A stretch of DNA of 24,454 nt, from NCBI GenBank assembly GCA_044236265.1, contig JBIIGV010000036.1, forward strand, positions 1 to 24,454, written 5' to 3'. This DNA comes from Oligoflexales bacterium (lineage in GTDB: Bacteria > Bdellovibrionota_B > Oligoflexia > Oligoflexales > RGVZ01). Each line of letters begins with the position of its first letter. Position 1 is the stretch's first letter. The notes below the pieces were generated by a model. The model was not told the origin of the DNA and did no database searches. It saw only the letters and a program-made list of their open reading frames with translations. The position numbers were made by a program, and so were the translations under genes. Shown here one piece after another: positions 17,435 through 24,454 of this stretch.

Positions 17435-18808
17435 TCAACTCTTGAGTCCGTAGATTGAAATTTTATGATGCAAACTTACCCGATCAATCCCTAGAATTCT
17501 CGCGGCTTTCGTTACATTGCCTTCTACACTTGCGAGTACTCTACTAATATAATCTCTTTCAATAGCGTGCCTGTACTCTTTAAGTGTCGTGAATTCTTGT
17601 CCAGTTTGACGTGTCTCAATTGCGGAGCTGGTTTGCCGGATGCTGTCGATAGCTTTACCGACTCCGAGAATGGCGGCGCGTTCTGCAATATTTCTCAACT
17701 CCCTTACGTTTCCAGGCCATGTATATTTTTTTAGGATTTCCGCCTGAGTTGAGTTAATGGTTGGTCGTTCACCACTATTTCTAATTGATAGTCTATTGAG
17801 ATGAAATGCAAATATATCAGGTATGTCCTCTGTAATCTCACGTAAAGCTGGCGTCCGGAGGGTGAATACAGTCAATCTGAAAAATAAGTCAGGCCTGAAC
17901 TTTGATTCCTTGATCAATTTATCCATGTCGCGACTAGTTGCGGTTATAATCCGAACGTTAAGACGTTGAATTTTAGTAGAACCTACACGCTGGAATTCAC
18001 CCGTCTCAATGAAACGAAGTAGCCGGTTTTGGCCCTCTAGGGTTAATTCGCCAATCTCATCTAAAAATAACGTACCACCATCAGCACATTCGATTCGTCC
18101 AGCCTGATCCTGGTCTGCCCCAGTAAATGCGCCTTTTTTATGTCCGAAGAGAATTGAGTCTAAAATAGTCGATGGCAAAGCTCCGCAGTCCACCGTTACA
18201 AAGGGTTCCTTTGCTCGAGTCGATTGTCGGTGGATCATAGACGCCACAACTTCCTTTCCGGTGCCTGTTTCGCCTAAAATTAAAACCTTGGATTCGCTTG
18301 GAGCAATAGCCTTAATTTCGTCCCGCAAATTTTGCACCGTTACAGAATTGCCAATATACGTTTGCGATGCAGGTCCATAGTGTTGCGTAAATACGCGTTG
18401 GCGCTCCTTTGCCTCATGGTTCGCCAGCGATTTTTTTATTGCTAATAATAACTTTTGCTGAGTTAGCGGCTTATCAAGAAAATCAACTGCACCTAACCTA
18501 TAAGCATCAATGGCTTCGCTGTACGATGCTTCCCCAGAAATACAAATCACAGGTCGAGATAAGCCGTTTTCATTGAGAAATTTTAGTACATCAAGGCCCG
18601 ATTCCTTACCGAGCCTCAAGTCCAAAAGTATTGTGTCGACTTCGTTTTCATCGATCGTCTTCAATGCGGATGCCAGGTTGTCAGCTTCTAAACATTCAAA
18701 ATCACTTTGAAGAGTGAGTCTTAAAGAAGTTCGAATAGACGGTTCATCGTCGATGAACAGGATTCTTTTTTTTATCAAATTTTTCCCTTTCACAAATTTA
18801 TCATCCAA
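17435..18808 (-). CDS. Sigma54-dependent response regulator (NtrC/NtrX family)
   Basis: REC domain (FIDDE, LLDLRL, FLDKP), AAA+ domain GETGTGKE, FGHKKGAFTGA, FLDEIGEL, WPGNVREL, Fis-type HTH. Confidence 0.95.
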   Translation of the reverse strand: MDDKFVKGKNLIKKRILFIDDEPSIRTSLRLTLQSDFECLEADNLASALKTIDENEVDTILLDLRLGKESGLDVLKFLNENGLSRPVICISGEASYSEAIDAYRLGAVDFLDKPLTQQKLLLAIKKSLANHEAKERQRVFTQHYGPASQTYIGNSVTVQNLRDEIKAIAPSESKVLILGETGTGKEVVASMIHRQSTRAKEPFVTVDCGALPSTILDSILFGHKKGAFTGADQDQAGRIECADGGTLFLDEIGELTLEGQNRLLRFIETGEFQRVGSTKIQRLNVRIITATSRDMDKLIKESKFRPDLFFRLTVFTLRTPALREITEDIPDIFAFHLNRLSIRNSGERPTINSTQAEILKKYTWPGNVRELRNIAERAAILGVGKAIDSIRQTSSAIETRQTGQEFTTLKEYRHAIERDYISRVLASVEGNVTKAARILGIDRVSLHHKISIYGLKS

Positions 18809-19928
18809 TTCTTGGTATTGAGAATAGGAAATGCGCGCCCTTTTTAGAGGGTAGAGCTACTAAATCACCGCCATGGTCGAGGGCAATTTTTTTGGATATA
18901 GCTAGACCGATCCCGAGATTCGTCGACAGAGGTTGAATCATGTCTTCGACTTGCAATTTAGGTTTTAGCGTCACTCCAGGATCGAAGATATCTCCAATCA
19001 TTTTTGAATTGATTCCGATGCCATCATCTTCGACATGTATCAAAACATTTTCTATAGTTGCCTCTATCGTGATATTCAAATTGACGTATCCATTGTTGGC
19101 TTCAAGAGCATTTTTCATTAAATTAAAGACTAATCTGTGAATCATATTTGGATCGTGCCTGCCAAGAACGGGAGACTCGTTTGGCAAGTTAGATTCTAGA
19201 CGAGCTCTTAACCCCTCGAAGCGAAAGTTTTTAATCGCATATTCGAGGGTTGAGATTAAGTTTTCTTCAGTAAAATTTGGCTTTGGTAGTCGAGCAAATC
19301 CTGTTAACTCATCAATCAAAGATTCCATTTTGTTGATTTCTGTCAGTATAACCTGCTTGGAAGCCTCTGTATTGTGGCCGCGTTGATCACCGCTTGCGCT
19401 AGTGATTAATTTTAAAGGCATTAGACTTCCTTTGAGCTCGTGAATGACGCTCTTAGACACTTCTTGCCAGTTTTCAAGACTTCCCATAATTGCTTGTAGA
19501 CGGTCTTTTTCCCGGAGTTTTTGAGAAATCGATTCGAAAATAGCCAAAATATTGCTTGCAAGTAATCCAGCGGCGACGAAGCTAATTATCAGCGCTACAA
19601 ACCCAACAATGACCGCATGTCGATAAAATTCGTTGATTAATTGACCTTTAATTTCTTTTAGAGAGCTATACGCCTGATATGTTTCTTGATGTTGACTGAA
19701 CTTCTGCTCGAGCTCTCGCAGTTCGTCACCGCGAGCGACTCTTTTCAAATGTTGCATGGCTTCGAGATTTGAACGCAATCCCGCTTCAATCTCGTTGTTG
19801 ATGCTTAAATCGGCTAGAAACCGTGTTGAATTATTTAATGAAATCACCAGTGCCGACACAGTTGGTATAAGAATCGCAGCGGCAAAAACGAACAATTTAA
19901 GCCACAATGGAACTTTCCGTGATGTCAT
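18801..19928 (-). CDS. Membrane sensor histidine kinase (NtrY-like)
   Basis: Two TM helices; WQEVSKSVIHELKGSL H-box, NLMKNALEA, EDDGIGI, GIGLAISKKI. Confidence 0.92.
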   Translation of the reverse strand: MTSRKVPLWLKLFVFAAAILIPTVSALVISLNNSTRFLADLSINNEIEAGLRSNLEAMQHLKRVARGDELRELEQKFSQHQETYQAYSSLKEIKGQLINEFYRHAVIVGFVALIISFVAAGLLASNILAIFESISQKLREKDRLQAIMGSLENWQEVSKSVIHELKGSLMPLKLITSASGDQRGHNTEASKQVILTEINKMESLIDELTGFARLPKPNFTEENLISTLEYAIKNFRFEGLRARLESNLPNESPVLGRHDPNMIHRLVFNLMKNALEANNGYVNLNITIEATIENVLIHVEDDGIGINSKMIGDIFDPGVTLKPKLQVEDMIQPLSTNLGIGLAISKKIALDHGGDLVALPSKKGAHFLFSIPRIG

Positions 19929-20458
19929 CTTCGGAGGTCTCCGATTTTCTTCCTGAAAATTATTTTTTCAGACTTATCAACTTGACTGAGTGAATCCCAT
20001 CTTAATCTAATCCCCATGTTGCGATAAATTCCTGCATTTCTCTTTGCCCAACGCTCCATTAATTTTGAAATTTCAGGGCTATTGGGGTTTAAGATGAGCA
20101 TTACGTCAGCTTTCTTGGAATCTTTGCTACAGTTCAATGTGTCCTTAAATTCAAGTATTTTGCACAACGCATTGCCAAAATCATTCTCGTTGATAAAAAT
20201 CTTCTTGGGATTTTGGTTAACTGCTATTTCATAAGATTTTTCCCAAAGATTATTTCTAATTTCAGCAGTGCTTAAAGTGTTGATTGTGTCGTCGCAATTC
20301 AAAACGAGAACTAATTTTTTTGAAATACCTGTTTTCAATTCAGGAAAAATTTTCACTTGCATCAAGTTTGGGTCGTCGAGGCACGGTGTGCCTGCTTTGG
20401 CAGCGTGTGTCGAGGAGATTATAAATATCACTAGCAGAAGGTTTCGCAGGTTCAGCAT
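19925..20458 (-). CDS. Hypothetical exported protein (4 Cys)
   Basis: Signal peptide (…HAAKA/GT); overlaps both neighbours (TAATG and ATGA junctions). Confidence 0.75.
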   Translation of the reverse strand: MLNLRNLLLVIFIISSTHAAKAGTPCLDDPNLMQVKIFPELKTGISKKLVLVLNCDDTINTLSTAEIRNNLWEKSYEIAVNQNPKKIFINENDFGNALCKILEFKDTLNCSKDSKKADVMLILNPNSPEISKLMERWAKRNAGIYRNMGIRLRWDSLSQVDKSEKIIFRKKIGDLRR

Positions 20459-21588
20459 TACTTGCGTCCTTTGCCGACCAGAAGTACGCCTAAACTGACA
20501 TCCATGGTCTCCAGAGATGCCTTGTAACCGCCTGTAACAGTGAAAAGATAATCATTGGCTGCGATTCCGGCGTTTCCAAGTCCGACGTAATATGCTGATC
20601 GTCGTCCGTCGGTTCCTGTTTTTACGAGAGAATAGGTTAATCCTGATTCGGGATATGGGCTGTTTTTGTCAGGGTTTGCGAAGGAGCGAAAAGCAGGATT
20701 GAGATGGCTGTTGAATTGCAGGCTGGCAGTCAATACACCCTGCTGACCGTTAAGCCCTTTAAGTTGCCAATGCCTTCTAGCATCAAGTGACTGAAAGTTG
20801 TCGTTTGTGTTTTTTTCTAGCAAAGAAATTGGGCGCAAATATCCGGCTGAAATTAGCGAGCCCGTCGTGGGTATGAATGAATTGTCCTCACTGAAATAGG
20901 TATAATTTGCACCCACGGCATTACCTGCGTAAACCGTCACAATAGATTTATCACTTAGTTGATATCCTGCCCCTGCAAGTGCAAGGATACCGCTGTTTCC
21001 GTTTGGTACAGAGAGAATTCTTGCTGAACCAATCCAAGATTCGTGAATTGGCGCTGCAAGCTCGAGACTATAAGAATCCATTGACGGAGTGAATCCATTT
21101 GCTTTCCCGGTCAATGATCCTTGAAAGAAATATCCTTTTCCTAAGAAGTTATGATCAGAATATGCATATAGCGCATATGGTTTTACCGAAATCGAGTTGT
21201 CATCACCTTTTCCTGCTGCAATACGGCCATTGATCGCGTGTCGACCTGTGGATTTTTCGACCACAGTTAGCAGTAAATTTGCATGATTTAGTTCTTTAAG
21301 AGGCTGAATAGCAATAGATTGGGATGAGTAATATCCGAGCTCGGTCATTTGAATTGTTAGAGTATTTAGCTCATCTTCAGAATACGTTTTATTAGCGGTT
21401 AGTTGCAGCAGAGACTTCAGCTGATCGCAGCTCGTTTTTTCTGTTCCAGCGCATGATATCTCGTGGATGAAAATATTTTGTTTTGACTTATTTAGATTTG
21501 AAGGAGTCGCAGGGCCATTTGACTGAGCAAAGCAAATCGTGGATTGAAATGCAAAAAAAGTAAGAAACGGTATTAATTTGAAATTCAT
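20458..21588 (-). CDS. Atypical Omp85-like outer-membrane protein with a single POTRA domain and a short beta-barrel
   Basis: Signal peptide; POTRA pattern IHEISCAGTEKTS…ELGYYS…LLLTVVEK; DHNFLGKG and FIPTTGS barrel motifs; amphipathic strands. Confidence 0.7.
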   Translation of the reverse strand: MNFKLIPFLTFFAFQSTICFAQSNGPATPSNLNKSKQNIFIHEISCAGTEKTSCDQLKSLLQLTANKTYSEDELNTLTIQMTELGYYSSQSIAIQPLKELNHANLLLTVVEKSTGRHAINGRIAAGKGDDNSISVKPYALYAYSDHNFLGKGYFFQGSLTGKANGFTPSMDSYSLELAAPIHESWIGSARILSVPNGNSGILALAGAGYQLSDKSIVTVYAGNAVGANYTYFSEDNSFIPTTGSLISAGYLRPISLLEKNTNDNFQSLDARRHWQLKGLNGQQGVLTASLQFNSHLNPAFRSFANPDKNSPYPESGLTYSLVKTGTDGRRSAYYVGLGNAGIAANDYLFTVTGGYKASLETMDVSLGVLLVGKGRK

Positions 21589-21635
21589 TTCTGTATCCCC
21601 ATCATAGGCAAAAGTTAGTGGTTAAGGACGGGGTT

Positions 21636-21651
21636 TGCAGATGTCGTGCCA
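21636..21651 (-). promoter_or_regulatory. Sigma54 (-24/-12) promoter of the OMP-HK-RR operon
   Basis: Minus strand TGGCACG-ACAT-CTGCA matches TGGCACG-N4-TTGC, about 50 bp before ATG 21588. Confidence 0.8.
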
Positions 21652-21716
21652 TGCAAAATAACGCAATGAAAACGGGGCTATAAATGAACAAGCTTCGAAT
21701 TTGTAAGAATTCTACC

Positions 21717-21751
21717 GTAGTATCTATATTACAGTGTAATAAAAATATTAC
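21717..21751. promoter_or_regulatory. Tandem palindromic enhancer (UAS) candidates for the NtrC-family activator
   Basis: GTAGTA-TCTA-TATTAC (21717-21732) and GTAATA-AAAA-TATTAC (21736-21751), upstream of the sigma54 promoter. Confidence 0.6.
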
Positions 21752-21823
21752 TCTGATTCAATCTTCCAGCTATGAAAAAAATCCCACGGGGTGTCGCCCA
21801 GTTAGACGCTGGGCCTTCACTTT

Positions 21824-21850
21824 GACCATTTTTCTTAGACCAGTCACAAG
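21824..21850 (+). repeat. Direct repeat copy B (att-like junction)
   Basis: GACCATTTTTCTTAGACCAGTCACAAG; its GACCAGTCACAA part matches 11/12 to GACCAGTCCCAA at the tRNA end (14549-14560). Confidence 0.75.
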
Positions 21851-21887
21851 CACTTAGACTCGTCGCGGCTGTAAAGGCCGTACGCAA

Positions 21888-22172
21888 TTATGCGGTCAAT
21901 TTTTTCTTGATGGCAGCAATTTCTCGCTCCAATCGATCAAGTCGGCTACTTGAATCCTCTGACTTTGTTTCGTGCAGAGCTGTTCTCAGCATGCGGTTTA
22001 GCAAATTTTGATAGGGAATCCCGCTGGTATATGAGCGCCTCTTGAGGGCTTCAATAATGTCTTGGTCAATATTGACTGTGATTTTTATTTTTCTTGATTT
22101 GCTGGCCCTAGCTCTCATCTGGCTGGTGCCTTTGAGATCCAACCGTATATTTTTAAGTTTTGGTTGTTTCAT
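21888..22172 (-). CDS. brnA: BrnA/CopG-like antitoxin
   Basis: KIKITVNIDQDIIEALK…GIPYQNLLNRML ribbon-helix-helix; ATG 22172 with AGGAG RBS; overlaps the toxin gene. Confidence 0.85.
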   Translation of the reverse strand: MKQPKLKNIRLDLKGTSQMRARASKSRKIKITVNIDQDIIEALKRRSYTSGIPYQNLLNRMLRTALHETKSEDSSSRLDRLEREIAAIKKKLTA

Positions 22173-22431
22173 AGTAAAGTCTCCTGAACTTTCGCCAGTC
22201 GGCGCTCCCAAAAATTCTGATTTTTTCGCTACGGATTGTGAAACGTGTGGTTAAGATGCGGCCGTTGCTTGATTTGCCAATCCAATAAAAACGCGACTCC
22301 AAACTAGAATGTCCTTGGTCCGTCACTTGGATTCCATTTGGGTCACTGAATGTGCTTACAGCTTCCAAAAATGACACCTTATGCTTTTGCAGATTCTCGG
22401 ATTCTTTTGCTAGGTCCCACTCGAATTCCAA
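22153..22431 (-). CDS. brnT: BrnT family ribonuclease toxin (DUF497)
   Basis: EFEWDLAKESENLQKHKVSF…HSSLESRF…IRIFGS; GGAGG RBS, TTG start. Confidence 0.9.
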   Translation of the reverse strand: MEFEWDLAKESENLQKHKVSFLEAVSTFSDPNGIQVTDQGHSSLESRFYWIGKSSNGRILTTRFTIRSEKIRIFGSADWRKFRRLYYETTKT

Positions 22432-22447
22432 ATGTACGACCTCCAGT

Positions 22448-22480
22448 CATACATATATGGCAAATTACCATATGTGTATG
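22448..22480. promoter_or_regulatory. Inverted repeat, probable TA autorepression operator
   Basis: CATACATATATGG-N7-CCATATGTGTATG (12/13 arm match) directly upstream of the brnT RBS. Confidence 0.65.
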
Positions 22481-22646
22481 GCTAAATCAAAGTGAAGATA
22501 AATCCGCAGGAAATTTATGGCAATAAGTGGCATGACCGCCAATGACTTGTGTTAGTTGGATATTAATAAGCTTGGGGTCAACGAGTGCCACCAAATAGCT
22601 TTACCGAGCAAGCCATTTTATGACTTCGATTTCGGTGAAGCGATTA

Positions 22647-22787
22647 TCAGGATTTTTTCTTACATCGATCCGAGCAGTATTTGACCTGATCCCAAACCTT
22701 CTCCCACTTCTTTCGCCAGGTAAATGGCCTGCCACAGCGTGCGCAGGTTTTAGATGGTAGGTTTTCTTTTTTGATTCCCTTAGGCAT
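22647..22787 (-). CDS. DUF2256-family small Cys4 (putative zinc-binding) protein, 46 aa, absent from the ORF track
   Basis: [46 protein letters not shown]; overlaps the upstream stop codon. Confidence 0.9.
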   Translation of the reverse strand: MPKGIKKENLPSKTCARCGRPFTWRKKWEKVWDQVKYCSDRCKKKS

Positions 22788-23208
22788 CAAGGCCACCGTT
22801 TTTCTGGAATGCTGTTTTTTGGGCTATGTTCCAGTATGGAAAAAATCGCCTAACATCGGCGGCTTTGGCGATAGTCACAAAGTTCTCATCCGGAATCATC
22901 TCGACGTTAGCAACGGACTTTATTTTGCTAATAGTAGCCTCTATGTGCGGTTTTGTGGTTGCTGGTATGTACAAAATCGACGGAGCTATTTGTTTGATGA
23001 TGCTAACAGTGTCGCCTCGTAGGATTTCTACGGGGAGCTCACAGAGGGTTTCATACATAAAAACTAAACGCTTTAAGCTATAGTCTAATTGACGAAGATA
23101 CTCATCATCCCAGACATAAATAGCCCTCGTACCTTCGGGTGCAGCCCTGAATACAGGGTGAGTCACCCGCAGGGCCTCTTCATGTAGCCATATCAAAGGC
23201 TGATTCAC
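22780..23208 (-). CDS. Stand-alone photolyase antenna-like alpha/beta domain
   Basis: [14 protein letters not shown]…AIYVWD…[12 protein letters not shown]…RRFFPYW resembles the photolyase N-terminal domain; GTGA overlap with the upstream gene. Confidence 0.7.
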   Translation of the reverse strand: MNQPLIWLHEEALRVTHPVFRAAPEGTRAIYVWDDEYLRQLDYSLKRLVFMYETLCELPVEILRGDTVSIIKQIAPSILYIPATTKPHIEATISKIKSVANVEMIPDENFVTIAKAADVRRFFPYWNIAQKTAFQKNGGLDA

Positions 23209-24035
23209 AACGCTCCTTTGCTGTTTGGAAAAAGTCTTGTCTGAAGCTCTTCGTAACTTGCGTCCAGAGGTTTGTTCGCATCAGGGGATGTGTCGATTAG
23301 GTTACCGAAGTATTTGTGAACGTTTTCTAGGTTAAAAATGTAGGGTTTATTGCTAAACGTACTCGCCACCCATTGCCACGAGAGATTATTGCTGGCGAGA
23401 TCTCCATCCAGTAAGTGCTGTAAGAACCAGCGAGCTCCCGCTTGCCACTTAACGCGTCGAAAGTGCACCACATAACTTGCAAGATACATACGCGCATGAT
23501 TATGGATGTAGCCGGTGGTGAGGAGTTCTTTGATAAATGCATCTATACATGCCACACCAGTTTCACCGCGCTCGATGTCATGGGGAAGGTGGTCTGCGTA
23601 GTCACTCGCTGTGAATCCTGTTTTATAAGGTTCAATATCATTCCATGCCCAATCAGGATGCTCAGTCAGCACGCGCTGCCAGAAATCACGCCAGGCCAAT
23701 TCTTGAACAAATTTTGTAATCTCTTGGGGGTTACCACATTTGCTTAATGCAAAGTTTCGGACTTCGCTCAGACTTAAGATGCCGTGGTGGATGTAGGGTG
23801 ACAGCCTCGTGATTTTGCCGTTACCGAAGTTTCTGGTCTCACCGTAAGCTTTGGGGTCAATGCTCGCAAGTTTAAGCTCGGCGTTTTGGCGGCCGCCCTC
23901 TATAGGGCTTGGATCTCCCTTAGCCCATGGAGCGAGGGTTTTGACGTAGCTTATGAGGCTATCGCGTGATTGGAAATCTGTTTGTAGTTGCTGCATATTT
24001 TCAAATTTATCAACAAACTCTGTCGCGTGTACCAA
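23205..24035 (-). CDS. Photolyase FAD-binding catalytic domain (short photolyase/NewPHL-like); start may be ATG 23996
   Basis: TRLSPYIHHG, FVQELAWRDFW, TGYIHNHARMYLAS, HLLDGDLASNNLSWQW. Confidence 0.9.
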   Translation of the reverse strand: MVHATEFVDKFENMQQLQTDFQSRDSLISYVKTLAPWAKGDPSPIEGGRQNAELKLASIDPKAYGETRNFGNGKITRLSPYIHHGILSLSEVRNFALSKCGNPQEITKFVQELAWRDFWQRVLTEHPDWAWNDIEPYKTGFTASDYADHLPHDIERGETGVACIDAFIKELLTTGYIHNHARMYLASYVVHFRRVKWQAGARWFLQHLLDGDLASNNLSWQWVASTFSNKPYIFNLENVHKYFGNLIDTSPDANKPLDASYEELQTRLFPNSKGAL

Positions 24036-24038
24036 ATT

Positions 24039-24221
24039 TTAGTCGCGAGCGGTGGATATTCGAAATCGTCCTGTTTTGTGGCTGATGGAGACTTTTATTT
24101 CAATGGGGCGACAGCAGACTTGGCAGTCTTCGATATATTGCTGACTGCCTCCTGATATGTCGACAAACGTTGTGAATGTTTCTCCACAAAATGGGCAGCT
24201 GATTTCGGTTGGCTCTTCCAT
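24039..24221 (-). CDS. CPXCG-motif cysteine-rich small protein
   Basis: ISCPFCGE…QQYIEDCQVCCRPI. Confidence 0.9.
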   Translation of the reverse strand: MEEPTEISCPFCGETFTTFVDISGGSQQYIEDCQVCCRPIEIKVSISHKTGRFRISTARD

Positions 24222-24387
24222 GATTTGAACGTTTCATCTTTCGTGACATTGGTTTTGATCGTTAGTGTAGCATCGCAGTTTAAAGGCTCGATGTCCTCTG
24301 TTATCTTACTCATATCATGCTTTTTAATCTATGATCATTGGTCCAGGAATCGCCTGGGTTTTTTAGATCCTCACAAAGGAAGCTTCG

Positions 24388-24454
24388 ATGAATAATAAAT
24401 TAGTCGTTATCGCCGGTGCAACGGGTGATCTCGGTGGAAGAGTGGTCAGGGAGC
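24388..24454 (+). CDS. 5' end of an NmrA/atypical SDR NAD(P)-binding protein (runs off the window)
   Basis: AAAGGA RBS, then MNNKLVVIAGATGDLGGRVVRE with a GATGxxG motif. Confidence 0.8.
   Translation, partial: MNNKLVVIAGATGDLGGRVVRE

Noticed and set aside
21801..21860. GTTAGAC (matches the integron GTTRRRY core) and three nearby TTAGAC copies
   Set aside because: No matching RYYYAAC/L-box attC structure was found and there is no integron integrase in the window, so it is not called an integron.
24095..24313. 72-aa minus-strand ORF overlapping the CPXCG gene
   Set aside because: It largely overlaps a clearly real gene in another frame and has no motif.
24359..24379. TTTTTTAGATCCTCACAAAGG resembles repeats A/B
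   Set aside because: It lacks the GACCA core and overlaps the RBS of the next gene; it may be a decayed fourth junction but is not supportable.

Overview
Bacterial chromosomal window; the gene content and style suggest a Bdellovibrionota/Oligoflexia-like organism, which is inference only. The left part (1-14.2 kb) is mostly core or housekeeping: a MerR regulator with a clear operator divergent from an SDR, an ABC-F ATPase, a secreted TPR/His-rich-redoxin protein, a Cys-repeat lipoprotein, hemE, two coupled coiled-coil hypotheticals, an acyl-CoA dehydrogenase, a CAP protein, and a FAD-oxidoreductase-folD-hotdog thioesterase operon. A tRNA-Pro(UGG) at 14478-14553 is followed by an AT-richer accessory region that looks like stacked modules. 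(1) 14546-17140 is bounded by the tRNA 3' core CCCGACCA and carries an S41 peptidase plus an HTH/Recombinase-domain frame whose N-terminal part has no start codon; excision at the core would fuse it in frame to a start-bearing frame next to the tRNA. (2) 17136-21850 is bounded by a 25/27 direct repeat and carries a sigma54-promoted operon of an atypical POTRA/Omp85-like protein, an exported protein, an NtrY-like kinase and an NtrC-family activator. (3) The remainder holds a BrnT/BrnA toxin-antitoxin pair and a split, domain-inverted photolyase cluster with DUF2256 and CPXCG proteins. No catalytic integrase gene lies in the window. All family calls come from motif recognition by eye; no searches were run.
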